DNA from: a virus
Taxonomy: Duplodnaviria; Caudoviricetes
Direction: 5' to 3' (one strand)
DNA: 62,113 nt
IMG/VR virus record: IMGVR_UViG_3300049854_000015
Span: 1-62,113 of that record
The number at the start of each line of letters is the position of its first letter. Positions within the stretch are counted from its first letter, which is position 1. Made by a program: the position numbers and the translations under genes. Positions 29,084-37,715 of the stretch are shown piece after piece. The notes beneath the pieces are model-generated. The model did not search any database. It worked only from the letters and a program-made list of their open reading frames with translations, and was not told the DNA's origin.

Positions 29084-29114
29084 AAGAGCGCCGGTCTTTT
29101 TACGGCGCTCTTTT
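29084..29114. terminator. Bidirectional intrinsic terminator
   Basis: AAGAGCGCCG-loop-CGGCGCTCTT followed by TT. Confidence 0.55.
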
Positions 29115-29180
29115 GCCTTTTCTTCAGCGGCTTTCCAGATTTGCTCTGGCACTTGGAATGGTTTGGTTTTACGCATAGGC

Positions 29181-29423
29181 TTATATTTCCTTTGATGTAA
29201 GTTTTTGGAACCATTTTATCGCATTTGCTTGTGTACGACTCTTGGAAACAAATCGAATACCCTCGTCATATAGTGTTGCCCACATACTTACATTCGTTGG
29301 TGGAAAATCATTTGGTACAATCGGATAAATTTTATTCTGGAAACGATCTAATCTTATGACATGAAATTTGCCTTTCATTTCAATGAGTGCAATTCCGTTT
29401 TTTTCTTTGATAATATCAAACAT
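29181..29423 (-). CDS. Moron-like hypothetical protein, antisense within the tail operon
   Basis: AT-rich, AAAGGAAAA RBS, own promoter. Confidence 0.6.
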   Translation of the reverse strand: MFDIIKEKNGIALIEMKGKFHVIRLDRFQNKIYPIVPNDFPPTNVSMWATLYDEGIRFVSKSRTQANAIKWFQKLTSKEI

Positions 29424-29468
29424 AATTTTCCTTTCTACTTTCTTGTTTGGCTTATCATTTTATATATT

Positions 29469-29497
29469 AGTATATCGGTATATACGCTATTCGTCAA
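29469..29497 (-). promoter_or_regulatory. Sigma70 promoter of the moron gene
   Basis: TTGACG-17 nt-TATACT on the minus strand. Confidence 0.7.
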
Positions 29498-29633
29498 CAG
29501 TTTATTCGATGAAAAATGGAAATATTCTCAAAATGGCCGTTTTGGCCTAAAAATGCAGAAAAATGATGAAAAATAGTGAAAAGAAAATTCAGTGGTTTTT
29601 GGGGCTGAGTCCGGTTTGTGATGAGGTTCTGGC

Positions 29634-30692
29634 ATGAGGTCCGTGAGTGCCGCGTTTCAGCGAGCCTTAGAATCCGATGAATTGAAGCTGGCTGAGCTTT
29701 TCATTATCGAGCTTGCCGACGGGACTATCTATCGTTATACGACGCATCAGACGGACCTCGTATGGGACTTGGCAGGCAATACCTATTCAGCGGCTATGCC
29801 TATACAGAGGAGCGAGACGACTTCCAAGCACAGCGGGGAATTTGATGATGTCCAAGTGGCTCTGGGTAATATCACCGGGCCATTCTTCGATAAGGCATAT
29901 CGGGGAATTTTGGAGGGCGTCAAGATTACGGTTAAACGGATACGCTGGGACATTACCTATGCTGCCGATGAGGAAATTACAGTCTTTGAGGGTTATGCAG
30001 ATGCTACGTTCAATCGACAGGTACTTAATCTGACGTGCAGACCTATCCTATCGAGCTTAAATATCATTGTTCCGGCCCACCAGTATCAGGATAGCTGCAA
30101 CTATGCTCTATTCGATGATGGCTGCACTTTGGTTCGGGCCGATTACGCCTATAGCGGCACGGCGACGGGCGGTACATATACTACCCTTGAGGATACTACG
30201 CGGGGGGCGGTCTATAAGGTGAATTTCGACGCTGTAACCGGGGCCATAGCAAGGGCTGAGACGATTGTAGGTGGCACTGGGGCTGGTACAGGGGTCGTCG
30301 TCCAGATTGTCTATCTGACGGCCTCTACGGGCACGGTGTGGTATGCTCAGAGAACGGGCGTGCAATTCATAGATAATGAGATCGTTGCTCATGGGGCGCA
30401 CAATATTACCCTGAGCGGTACGCCTGCGATTGATAACACATTCTACGAATTGGGCGAGCTTGAGATTACCAACGGGGATAACAGCGGCCAGCGGCGGCAG
30501 GTCTATGCCGATGCGTCCGGGGCCGTTACTGTTGCATGGGGCTTTGCGGCACCGATTTCAAACGGGATTACCTATAAGCTCTATCCCGGTGACGACCGTA
30601 TGGCCTTGACTTGCAGGGACAAATTCAATAACGCGGTGAATTTCCGAGGCTTTCCGTATATCCCGAAACCTGAAGATGTGGTATGGAGATGA
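29634..30692 (+). CDS. Baseplate hub protein, DUF2163/BR0599-like
   Basis: YRYTTH..DL, YQ.SC.YALFD.GC, C..KFNN..NFRGFPYIP. Confidence 0.88.
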   Translation: MRSVSAAFQRALESDELKLAELFIIELADGTIYRYTTHQTDLVWDLAGNTYSAAMPIQRSETTSKHSGEFDDVQVALGNITGPFFDKAYRGILEGVKITVKRIRWDITYAADEEITVFEGYADATFNRQVLNLTCRPILSSLNIIVPAHQYQDSCNYALFDDGCTLVRADYAYSGTATGGTYTTLEDTTRGAVYKVNFDAVTGAIARAETIVGGTGAGTGVVVQIVYLTASTGTVWYAQRTGVQFIDNEIVAHGAHNITLSGTPAIDNTFYELGELEITNGDNSGQRRQVYADASGAVTVAWGFAAPISNGITYKLYPGDDRMALTCRDKFNNAVNFRGFPYIPKPEDVVWR

Positions 30693-33343
30693 TGATTGAT
30701 ATGATTCTTGCGGTATTCCAACTTATACCTTTCCTTGTTACGATGCTTATAAGCGCGACCATTTCAGTCGCTGCTGGATATTTAGCTGCGGCACTGGCTA
30801 AGAAGCCTAAGAATAAAGTTCCTGAATTTGGCAATTATCCATCCCAAACGTCACTGAAGGCTATTCCGATTCCAAAGATTTACGGCACGCGCCGGGTTGC
30901 AGGCAATATCGTCTATTATAAGCAAACCAGTTCATGGCATGATGATAGAGGATTCTATTGGTATTTCCACGATGTTCTTCTTGTGCTCTGTGAAGGCCCG
31001 GCAACCGTTACGAAGATGTGGTTTGAGAATAGCAAACTCTCAGCGGGTGGTCCGAATTATTATTTCTTCGATGGTGACGGAACAACAGCTTGGCGGCTGA
31101 GAGATGATCAACGCGAAGAAACAGGACAGAGCATACTGGATTTGACGGGTCAGTCATTTGGAGATTATCAGAATCTTTGCTGTGTCTTCATGCACGACAT
31201 AACCGCCGGTGAGTTCCGCAAGGATGTGCCGAATTTCACGTTTGAGGTAAAAAGTTATGTACCAATGGATTTCTTTGTTGGCGCTCACTATACGACTGGC
31301 GTAGCAGGCGGCAGACCTATCGTCTGGCGCATGAAATTTGATGGTTCATTAGATACATCATGGGGCGAAAACGGCTATTGGCGATTTAGGGATGATGTTT
31401 CAAGTGGGCAGACCCTTACATGTTACAAGACGCATGTATTAAGCGATGGTCGTGTATTGGTAGCTCATAATCCGTTTTGGATTGAGGGGCCAGATTTGGC
31501 TGGTGGGGGGAAATATGTTGGCTGTACCATGCTGACGGCGCAGGGCGCGATTGATACTTCCTGGGGCTACAATGGTCACTATGTTTTGCGTGAGACGGGC
31601 AATGATTACTCAATGACATCTATTTTGCAGTTACTTATAGATAATAGTGGTAACTTTTATGTTTGTGGTGAAGGGGCTTATGAATTTCAAAAGTTCGATT
31701 CAAATGGTACTCGCTTATACGCTACGACACCATTGGATGATCTGTATGATATGTGCTGGGCCGATGATGGTAAGACCCGTATTATCGCCGTGGGTGGTTT
31801 TACAAATCCAGCCGGGCCGGGCTACGCAAATTGTATAGCAATCAATCCTGATGATGGGACTATTGATATTGATTGGGTTGGAAACGAAGGGAATCCTGGC
31901 TATGCGTTTGTCGAGGCTGGGGCGACTACGAGCGGGGATGCCGATGCCATTGTCCGTACAGATGACGGTTTTTATGTTCTTCATGGACTTGGCAATAGTG
32001 GAAACTATTATTCCCTGACAAAGTTAAAATTTGATGGTAGTGGCTATGTAACATCGTTCGGAACGAGTGGTCACGTTGCAGCGGGCTGGCCGAACTATAA
32101 GAAGCAGAGTCTAAAAATGGACGGCTTTAATGTCTGGACACTGACGGAAAACAATGCCTCTGGTGCGCCAGTAGGAACAGATAATTCGCTTCGATGCTGG
32201 GATAAGAACGGCGATGTGGTTTTCAGCCAGGATTGGGATAGTAATACAACAGACCCAATCCATTCCATGAATATTATCGGCGGGTATTTATGGTTCGGCA
32301 CAAAAGGCAGTGGATGGACGACTATCAATCATTATATCGAAAAATGGAATCGTAATGCCGAATATGTAACTGGTTTCGATCCGGCTGGTTTGACGCCGAC
32401 TAGTATCTTTACGATAAATGGATACCGTGATGAAACTGAGATTGTTGACGAAAACCCGGCACTAATCATCAGAGATATGATAACGAATACACGGTATGGA
32501 GCGAGACTATCAGCTTCGGTCATTGATGATACGAACTTTATTGCTGTCGAGGATTATTGCCAGGATAACGACATTCTCATTTCGATAGTCCTCAAAGACG
32601 GCAAGCCCGTCGTTGACTGGATAGATTTTATTTTGGCTCATTGCAATGGCTATCGCTGGTGGTCGGGCGGGAAACTTAAATTAGGGGTGTTCAAAGATGA
32701 GGACGCTGTTGGCGAGACAATTACACAAGATGATTTGGTTGTCGAGGGCGATGAGCCGCCGGTAGTTATCACGCCACGCAAGCGCTCGGAAACCTATAAT
32801 CTCATTCGTGTTGGCTGGACGAACCGCGACAATATGTATGACTACAGTTCAGAGACGGCCGAGGATAAAGTTGACCAGCAGTGGCGTTCCGAGGTCCGTA
32901 CCCGCGAGGTCGAATTGGATGGCTATTGCCGTATCATTCTGGCAAGAAAAATGGCATGGCGGATGCTGTTCGAATCCATGTACCGCTACAACATGTACAG
33001 TTTCAAAGTGGGCTACAAGCATAGCTTGATAGAAGTCGGGGACGTTAAGCTTCTCTCGGACGGCAACAGGATCGTCGAGCAGAAAATCAGAATCCTATCA
33101 GTACGAGAAGAAAAAGACGGTAGGACTCTAAGCATCGAAGCTATCGAGGAAGCGGCAGGTCTTTATGCGACAACGGCCTATGATAGTCAAGACGCATGGA
33201 CGCCGCGCGTGCTGGATGGTGGCGACGATTGCACTGTGACGGATGCTTTTTCGGGCTATGTAAGCCCCCTATTGATTTTCATATCACCGAACGAACTGGA
33301 CAATGTAAATATGACCGATGAAGCAACGGCGGAGATTGTTTAA
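30683..33343 (+). CDS. Tail tip/central fibre protein (Phage-tail_3-like) with inserted beta-propeller
   Basis: IP.IYGTRRVAGNI, LCEGP, PNFTFEV, NPA.II.D...N.RYG, IEVGDV; internal DG.LDTSWG repeats. Confidence 0.85.
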   Translation: MEMMIDMILAVFQLIPFLVTMLISATISVAAGYLAAALAKKPKNKVPEFGNYPSQTSLKAIPIPKIYGTRRVAGNIVYYKQTSSWHDDRGFYWYFHDVLLVLCEGPATVTKMWFENSKLSAGGPNYYFFDGDGTTAWRLRDDQREETGQSILDLTGQSFGDYQNLCCVFMHDITAGEFRKDVPNFTFEVKSYVPMDFFVGAHYTTGVAGGRPIVWRMKFDGSLDTSWGENGYWRFRDDVSSGQTLTCYKTHVLSDGRVLVAHNPFWIEGPDLAGGGKYVGCTMLTAQGAIDTSWGYNGHYVLRETGNDYSMTSILQLLIDNSGNFYVCGEGAYEFQKFDSNGTRLYATTPLDDLYDMCWADDGKTRIIAVGGFTNPAGPGYANCIAINPDDGTIDIDWVGNEGNPGYAFVEAGATTSGDADAIVRTDDGFYVLHGLGNSGNYYSLTKLKFDGSGYVTSFGTSGHVAAGWPNYKKQSLKMDGFNVWTLTENNASGAPVGTDNSLRCWDKNGDVVFSQDWDSNTTDPIHSMNIIGGYLWFGTKGSGWTTINHYIEKWNRNAEYVTGFDPAGLTPTSIFTINGYRDETEIVDENPALIIRDMITNTRYGARLSASVIDDTNFIAVEDYCQDNDILISIVLKDGKPVVDWIDFILAHCNGYRWWSGGKLKLGVFKDEDAVGETITQDDLVVEGDEPPVVITPRKRSETYNLIRVGWTNRDNMYDYSSETAEDKVDQQWRSEVRTREVELDGYCRIILARKMAWRMLFESMYRYNMYSFKVGYKHSLIEVGDVKLLSDGNRIVEQKIRILSVREEKDGRTLSIEAIEEAAGLYATTAYDSQDAWTPRVLDGGDDCTVTDAFSGYVSPLLIFISPNELDNVNMTDEATAEIV

Positions 33344-33699
33344 TGGGCGAAAAAGACAACAGATTTTCGTACAAAGATGGTATTACATTGCGGGAATACA
33401 TTGATACTCGATTAGAGGCTATCGAAAAAGCATCAGAATTAGCAGCTAAATTGTTGGATGTACGGCTTGAGAGCATGAACGAATTTAGAAATGCCCTCAA
33501 AGACCAGTCCGGCCAGTTCGTTATGCGGTCCGAGTGCGGAATACGCAAGCAATCCGTGGATGGTGACATTCGGATTTTGCGGGAATATAAAGCTGCTTTG
33601 GAAGGTAAGGCGAGTCATCTATACGTGTCGATTACTTTGATTATAGCACTACTCAGCTTATTTGTTGGTGTCGTTGGGCTTCTAATAAAGTTTCATTGA
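33343..33699 (+). CDS. Membrane protein with C-terminal TM helix (lysis-cassette position)
   Basis: Coiled-coil plus one hydrophobic helix. Confidence 0.6.
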   Translation: MGEKDNRFSYKDGITLREYIDTRLEAIEKASELAAKLLDVRLESMNEFRNALKDQSGQFVMRSECGIRKQSVDGDIRILREYKAALEGKASHLYVSITLIIALLSLFVGVVGLLIKFH

Positions 33700-33722
33700 A
33701 AGAACAACAGAGGAAAGCAAGC

Positions 33723-33965
33723 ATGACAAAAGATGAAGAAATGTATGGCTTGGTATGCGAGAAGCGGTTTGACCGGATCGACAACAAGCAGGAAGAAACA
33801 ATCGGTTTACTCAAGGGCAGCAATGGCAATCCCGGAGTCTTGGATGACGTAAGGAACCTTAAAAAGTGGCATAAGGCCACTATTGGTTTTGCTATTTTTG
33901 TCGGCAGCGCCTTTGTTTTGCAGGTTATTGGTGACGTATGGACTTGGGTACGAGCAGTCTTTTAG
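33723..33965 (+). CDS. Small membrane protein, holin-like
   Basis: GSNGNPG motif and C-terminal TM helix. Confidence 0.55.
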   Translation: MTKDEEMYGLVCEKRFDRIDNKQEETIGLLKGSNGNPGVLDDVRNLKKWHKATIGFAIFVGSAFVLQVIGDVWTWVRAVF

Positions 33966-33975
33966 GAATCTCGGA

Positions 33976-34152
33976 ATGAAAGCGGCCAAACACAGAAAAC
34001 GCCTTTTGGAATATGTGACTTTATTGAGGGATGAAGTCTGTATCTGCATGGAGGAAGGACACATTAAATGGCCGCCCAAAAGTCTGCACGAAGTCGAATT
34101 GGACATTGATGGTTTGTTACGTGAAATCGAACGAATAGAACTGGTTAAGTAG
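33976..34152 (+). CDS. Hypothetical protein
   Basis: 58-aa ORF in the operon. Confidence 0.4.
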   Translation: MKAAKHRKRLLEYVTLLRDEVCICMEEGHIKWPPKSLHEVELDIDGLLREIERIELVK

Positions 34153-34165
34153 AAAGGAACAAAAA

Positions 34166-34453
34166 ATGGACACAGAAGCATTAAAGGGATTGGTACAGCA
34201 AATTGGCGATTCAGGGGGAATTTTAGTCTTACTTGTCCCCGCGCTGGTGCAAGTCCTGAAAAAAATCCCATTCATTGTCAAACTTCAGGAGAACAAGTTT
34301 CCAGCCTATGAACTGTTAGCTCTGGCCTTGAGTGTTGGCGGAGCGCACGTACTCGGACTGCCGAACGCCATTGTGACCGGAGTTATCGCGTGGCTCGCGG
34401 CAGAAAAAGGTTACGATTACGCCAAAGGCAAAACAGTGGAACTTCCAAAATGA
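34166..34453 (+). CDS. Holin-like membrane protein
   Basis: Three hydrophobic segments, VQVLKK and GYDYAK motifs. Confidence 0.6.
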   Translation: MDTEALKGLVQQIGDSGGILVLLVPALVQVLKKIPFIVKLQENKFPAYELLALALSVGGAHVLGLPNAIVTGVIAWLAAEKGYDYAKGKTVELPK

Positions 34454-34461
34454 AAGGACTA

Positions 34462-34968
34462 ATGATGAAAAAGTTGATTATGATTGTGGCCCTATGCCTG
34501 CTCGTTGCGGGCTGCAACGAGGACTGCATACGCACGGCACAGATACAGCCGGCGGCATGGCTCCTCTCTGGGGCGAATGTCCAGTCGGCAGACGCCGAGA
34601 ATGAGATTGAGGACACACTGGAATACATAGGCCGTGTCGGTCTTCAGGTGGGACAAACAGAGGCGGGTATAGCAAGCGACTGGTGGATGGATAGTCCCCG
34701 CCAGTCCTACGGCGTTTATGCTGTGCAGTTTTTGCCGCAGGATGCTAACAGCCTCATTCCGGGCATACCTTACATCGGGGCGCAGGCAACGCTCGATGTC
34801 GAGGACGATGGCGGAATGTACGGCTTCGTGACGGGAACTATCCTCAAAGTAGGCGGCATGGATGTTGTGACTGAATTTCAGGCCCGAACCTATACCGACA
34901 TTTTGGAGAAACAGGCGGTTTCGGCAGACCGATACAAGGTCTTTTTCGGTACGCGATTCAAATTTTAG
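34462..34968 (+). CDS. Lipoprotein / small outer-membrane beta-barrel-like protein
   Basis: LVAGC lipobox; amphipathic strands; terminal YKVFFGTRFKF. Confidence 0.6.
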   Translation: MMKKLIMIVALCLLVAGCNEDCIRTAQIQPAAWLLSGANVQSADAENEIEDTLEYIGRVGLQVGQTEAGIASDWWMDSPRQSYGVYAVQFLPQDANSLIPGIPYIGAQATLDVEDDGGMYGFVTGTILKVGGMDVVTEFQARTYTDILEKQAVSADRYKVFFGTRFKF

Positions 34969-35046
34969 AACTATCCTCCTTTCGAGACCGGCTCCGTCGC
35001 CACCTCCTCCAAATTCCTTCAAGCGCGACCAGGGGCCGGTCGCCCT

Positions 35047-35256
35047 TTACAGGCGGTAGCCGGAGAATTCCTTTTTGGTCTCTGGCGAGGGTGCAAGTTT
35101 GAATCTTACGTCGTGGTTGACGACAGTTTCAAGATTATCCATGCGCCAGCGGAGCTTGTTGATTTCATCTTTGTAGCTCTTAATGGTTCGGTTCACCAAA
35201 AGGCCGTAGCAAAAGAACAGTGCCAATAGTATCAGGATAAGTTTATTGAATCTCAT
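35047..35256 (-). CDS. Small membrane-anchored protein
   Basis: N-terminal TM helix plus coiled-coil; downstream of the pilin gene. Confidence 0.55.
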   Translation of the reverse strand: MRFNKLILILLALFFCYGLLVNRTIKSYKDEINKLRWRMDNLETVVNHDVRFKLAPSPETKKEFSGYRL

Positions 35257-35262
35257 TTTGTG

Positions 35263-35697
35263 TTACTCCAATTCCAACCATGCCCCTGTGTGGTCAAGAG
35301 TATAGCCTGCTTTTTGCCAAGTCAGAGTAGGATTAACTGAGCCGCGATTGACCTGGATAGTGTACTCAAGTTGATATTCGCCTGCGCCCGTTCTGCCGGG
35401 GAAGTAACCGACACCCGAAATAATGTAGTCTCCGGCTTGGAAGTATTTCCCGCGAAGCTCGGCTTCTGTCATAAAATCAGAAATTGCCGGTGCTGCCGGA
35501 ATGTCAACTCCTTCTTCGCCCTGCTCGGCAACGTAAGACCTCAAAGCCGTAGCGATTGTTCCGGCCCCAGCTTTGCCCTCTGACCATCGGGCGGCCTCGA
35601 TTCTTGAGGTCATCAGGGGAACCAGTATCGCCGCCAGCACAGCGACAATCAAGACCACAACCATCAATTCGATTAGGGTAAAAGCTTTTCTGAACAT
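35263..35697 (-). CDS. Type IV pilin-like protein
   Basis: GGAGG RBS; MFRKA|FTLIELMVVVLIVAVLAAI class III signal with E5; AR.SE...G.I..A helix. Confidence 0.9.
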   Translation of the reverse strand: MFRKAFTLIELMVVVLIVAVLAAILVPLMTSRIEAARWSEGKAGAGTIATALRSYVAEQGEEGVDIPAAPAISDFMTEAELRGKYFQAGDYIISGVGYFPGRTGAGEYQLEYTIQVNRGSVNPTLTWQKAGYTLDHTGAWLELE

Positions 35698-35913
35698 CTT
35701 ATGTACCTCCAAAAAGAAAGTTTCGTCTCAAGAACATTATTCACAAAATTGTAAAATAGTCATCCTGTTTTGGGCGGTCTCAAACGCCTCTATATTGTGC
35801 ACGCAAGCCCTATTGGACGTGTTCAACACGCCCGCTGAGGCTATTCGGCCCCATGAAGGCCGGAAAAGCACTTGCGTGCACGCTTCGGCGGGCCTTTTGT
35901 TTGGGGAGCAACG

Positions 35914-36111
35914 ATGAAAAGCAGCAAAAGCACGCCGAAAACACGCATCTATGATATTACCAAAGAGCGAGAAATCCAAGAAATCAGCCGGATTTTGCGG
36001 ACTTGGCCGGTTTCATCGCTCGCTCAGTTTTGCGCAGCTCTTGTGTTGATGCGTCGATCAATGCCCTTAATCCAGTCCAAAATTCCTCGCCAACTACGGG
36101 GGAATCCTTAG
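35914..36111 (+). CDS. Hypothetical protein
   Basis: GGAG RBS; overlaps a minus-strand ORF. Confidence 0.3.
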   Translation: MKSSKSTPKTRIYDITKEREIQEISRILRTWPVSSLAQFCAALVLMRRSMPLIQSKIPRQLRGNP

Positions 36112-36295
36112 CCTCCAGTTTAGCCCATTCCCGTATACGCTCAGGCATGTGCTGCCAGAGGAATAAAGCGCCTGCACAATCGGACTGGGCAACGCTGTCA
36201 ACGTGGCCACAAAACTCAGTGAAACTCTCCTTCACTTTCACTGGAATCGGCCAGCCCGTCTTAACTGTCTCTAAATTTTTTGCCATGACAAACAT
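35984..36295 (-). CDS. Putative regulator in the repressor position (fold uncertain)
   Basis: AGAGG RBS; diverges from the rightward promoter at 36369; strand-helix-helix pattern. Confidence 0.5.
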   Translation of the reverse strand: MFVMAKNLETVKTGWPIPVKVKESFTEFCGHVDSVAQSDCAGALFLWQHMPERIREWAKLEAKDSPVVGEEFWTGLRALIDASTQELRKTERAMKPAKSAKSG

Positions 36296-36368
36296 TTTAT
36301 AACCTCTTATCCCCCCTACAATTAGGAAAATATACCAAAAATACTTTGCAAAAATGCCAACATAATGC

Positions 36369-36397
36369 TTGACGGATTATCAAAAAATGACGATAAT
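36369..36397 (+). promoter_or_regulatory. Sigma70 promoter pointing toward the GGYNN/RAMP-like locus
   Basis: TTGACG-17 nt-GATAAT. Confidence 0.6.
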
Positions 36398-36426
36398 ATG
36401 CTCTGTAAAAGTTAAGGAGAACCGTA

Positions 36427-36738
36427 ATGCGACTGGACAATCCGATAGAAACCGATTTGACAATCTACGCGCCGCTTCCTTCCTTCAGTATCCAGTCGCA
36501 TGGTCACTTCGCAGGGGCGGCGCGCATATTTTCCTCATGGTGGTTTTGGGGGCTTGGCTTCCGTGCCCGAAATGTTTCGGGCTTGTCGCATGGCTTAGAG
36601 TTTATCAGACTTACCAAGTCTTTTCAAGGGAAATCCCGGCATTTTATCGGAATCTTTGGAAAATACAGGCCGTTTGTAGCAAACGTAACGAATGTAATGA
36701 TGCCGGGCGGGTTCACGGATGAACCTGCTTGGCTGTAA
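36427..36738 (+). CDS. Possible hypothetical protein
   Basis: AAGGAG RBS but atypical composition. Confidence 0.3.
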   Translation: MRLDNPIETDLTIYAPLPSFSIQSHGHFAGAARIFSSWWFWGLGFRARNVSGLSHGLEFIRLTKSFQGKSRHFIGIFGKYRPFVANVTNVMMPGGFTDEPAWL

Positions 36739-36759
36739 AGCTCATTGAAAATCAACTTT

Positions 36760-36894
36760 GCTTAGGTGAGGTGAGGCAAGGTACGGCAAGGTAAGGTAAG
36801 GTTTAGTGAGGTATGGTCTGGCAGGCTTTGGTAGGGCAAGGTCGGCTCAGGTGTGGTTTGGTCGGGTTTGGTAAGGCAAGGTAAGCTAAGGTAA
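36760..36894 (+). repeat. GGY-NN pentamer array 1 (27 units), candidate guide ncRNA
   Basis: Strict 5-nt phase; 22/27 units start GGT/GGC, all have a pyrimidine at position 3; last two bases vary. Confidence 0.9.
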
Positions 36895-36904
36895 GGAGTT
36901 TTAT

Positions 36905-37444
36905 ATGAAAACAATCGCAGTAGAAATCAAAGGGATGTGTCCGGGGATTTTGATGCACCGATTCCCTCTTGTGGCTGTTGAAGGAATGGACAAGAAATCA
37001 CCGCAGGAGCAAGCTGAACACGCGGCTTATCGGGATGTGGCGAGTGGCGAATTGTTCATACCGGGAACGGCGATCCAGAGAGCTATCATTTCCGGTGCTA
37101 CGTACAGCAAGGGCAAGGGCCGTGCGTCGTTGCAGAAACAGGCGGCGGCGTGCGTGTTTGTTCGGCCGGAGGTAATTCTACTTGGCGTGAAAGATTTTAT
37201 CGTGGATTCACGTCCGGTTGTAGTCCCGGCGACGAAGGGTCGCGTCGTGCGCCATCGGCCATTTCTGCCGGAATGGGCATGTTCCTTTGAGATTGACTAC
37301 GATGAGATTCTCCTGAAAGAGACGGAGATACGCAAGATGATTGACGATACTGGCAGTCGGGTAGGGTTGCTCGACTTTCGACCGGCCTGCAAAGGTCCCT
37401 TTGGTCGATTCATGGTGACGAAGTGGAAAGAGAAAAATCAATAA
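36905..37444 (+). CDS. Stand-alone RAMP/Cas7-like protein (candidate RNA-guided effector)
   Basis: IAVEIKGMCPGILMH first strand, LFIPGTAIQRAI (cf. RAMP IPGSSLKG), C-terminal Gly loop GSRVGLLDFRPACKGPFGRF; AAGGAG RBS. Confidence 0.75.
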   Translation: MKTIAVEIKGMCPGILMHRFPLVAVEGMDKKSPQEQAEHAAYRDVASGELFIPGTAIQRAIISGATYSKGKGRASLQKQAAACVFVRPEVILLGVKDFIVDSRPVVVPATKGRVVRHRPFLPEWACSFEIDYDEILLKETEIRKMIDDTGSRVGLLDFRPACKGPFGRFMVTKWKEKNQ

Positions 37445-37449
37445 GACGA

Positions 37450-37579
37450 GGTAGTGTCGGCTACGGTTGGGCGAGGTGCGGCCTGGTTAGGTTCGGCATA
37501 GTTGGGTAGGCCGAGGTGGGGTCGGGTCTGGCGGGGTCCGGTATGGTGTGGTCTGGTAAGCTATAGCAAGGTAAGGTAA
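37450..37579 (+). repeat. GGY-NN pentamer array 2 (26 units), candidate guide ncRNA
   Basis: Strict 5-nt phase; 20/26 units GGY; ends AAGGTAAGGATTTTT like array 1 (AAGGTAAGGAGTTTT). Confidence 0.9.
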
Positions 37580-37639
37580 GGATTTTTACAAATACGGCCT
37601 TTTTTGTTCTTTTACAAGTTAATAGTGTTGCTAACAGCC

Positions 37640-37669
37640 TTGACGTAGAGTGCTTGGTTCGTATAGATT
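37640..37669 (+). promoter_or_regulatory. Candidate integrase promoter
   Basis: TTGACG-18 nt-TAGATT. Confidence 0.4.
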
Positions 37670-37715
37670 GTCCATTGTTGTTGGACAGTCTTGGCCTCAC
37701 GAAAGGAGGATACCT

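Noticed and set aside
36760-37579. GGYNN tracts as a CRISPR array, a simple microsatellite or a G-quadruplex only
   Set aside because: There are no 25-45 nt repeats with spacers. Slippage would homogenise units, whereas here positions 1-3 are fixed and positions 4-5 vary freely. A two-tier G4 is possible but does not explain the strict phase or the position on both sides of one gene.
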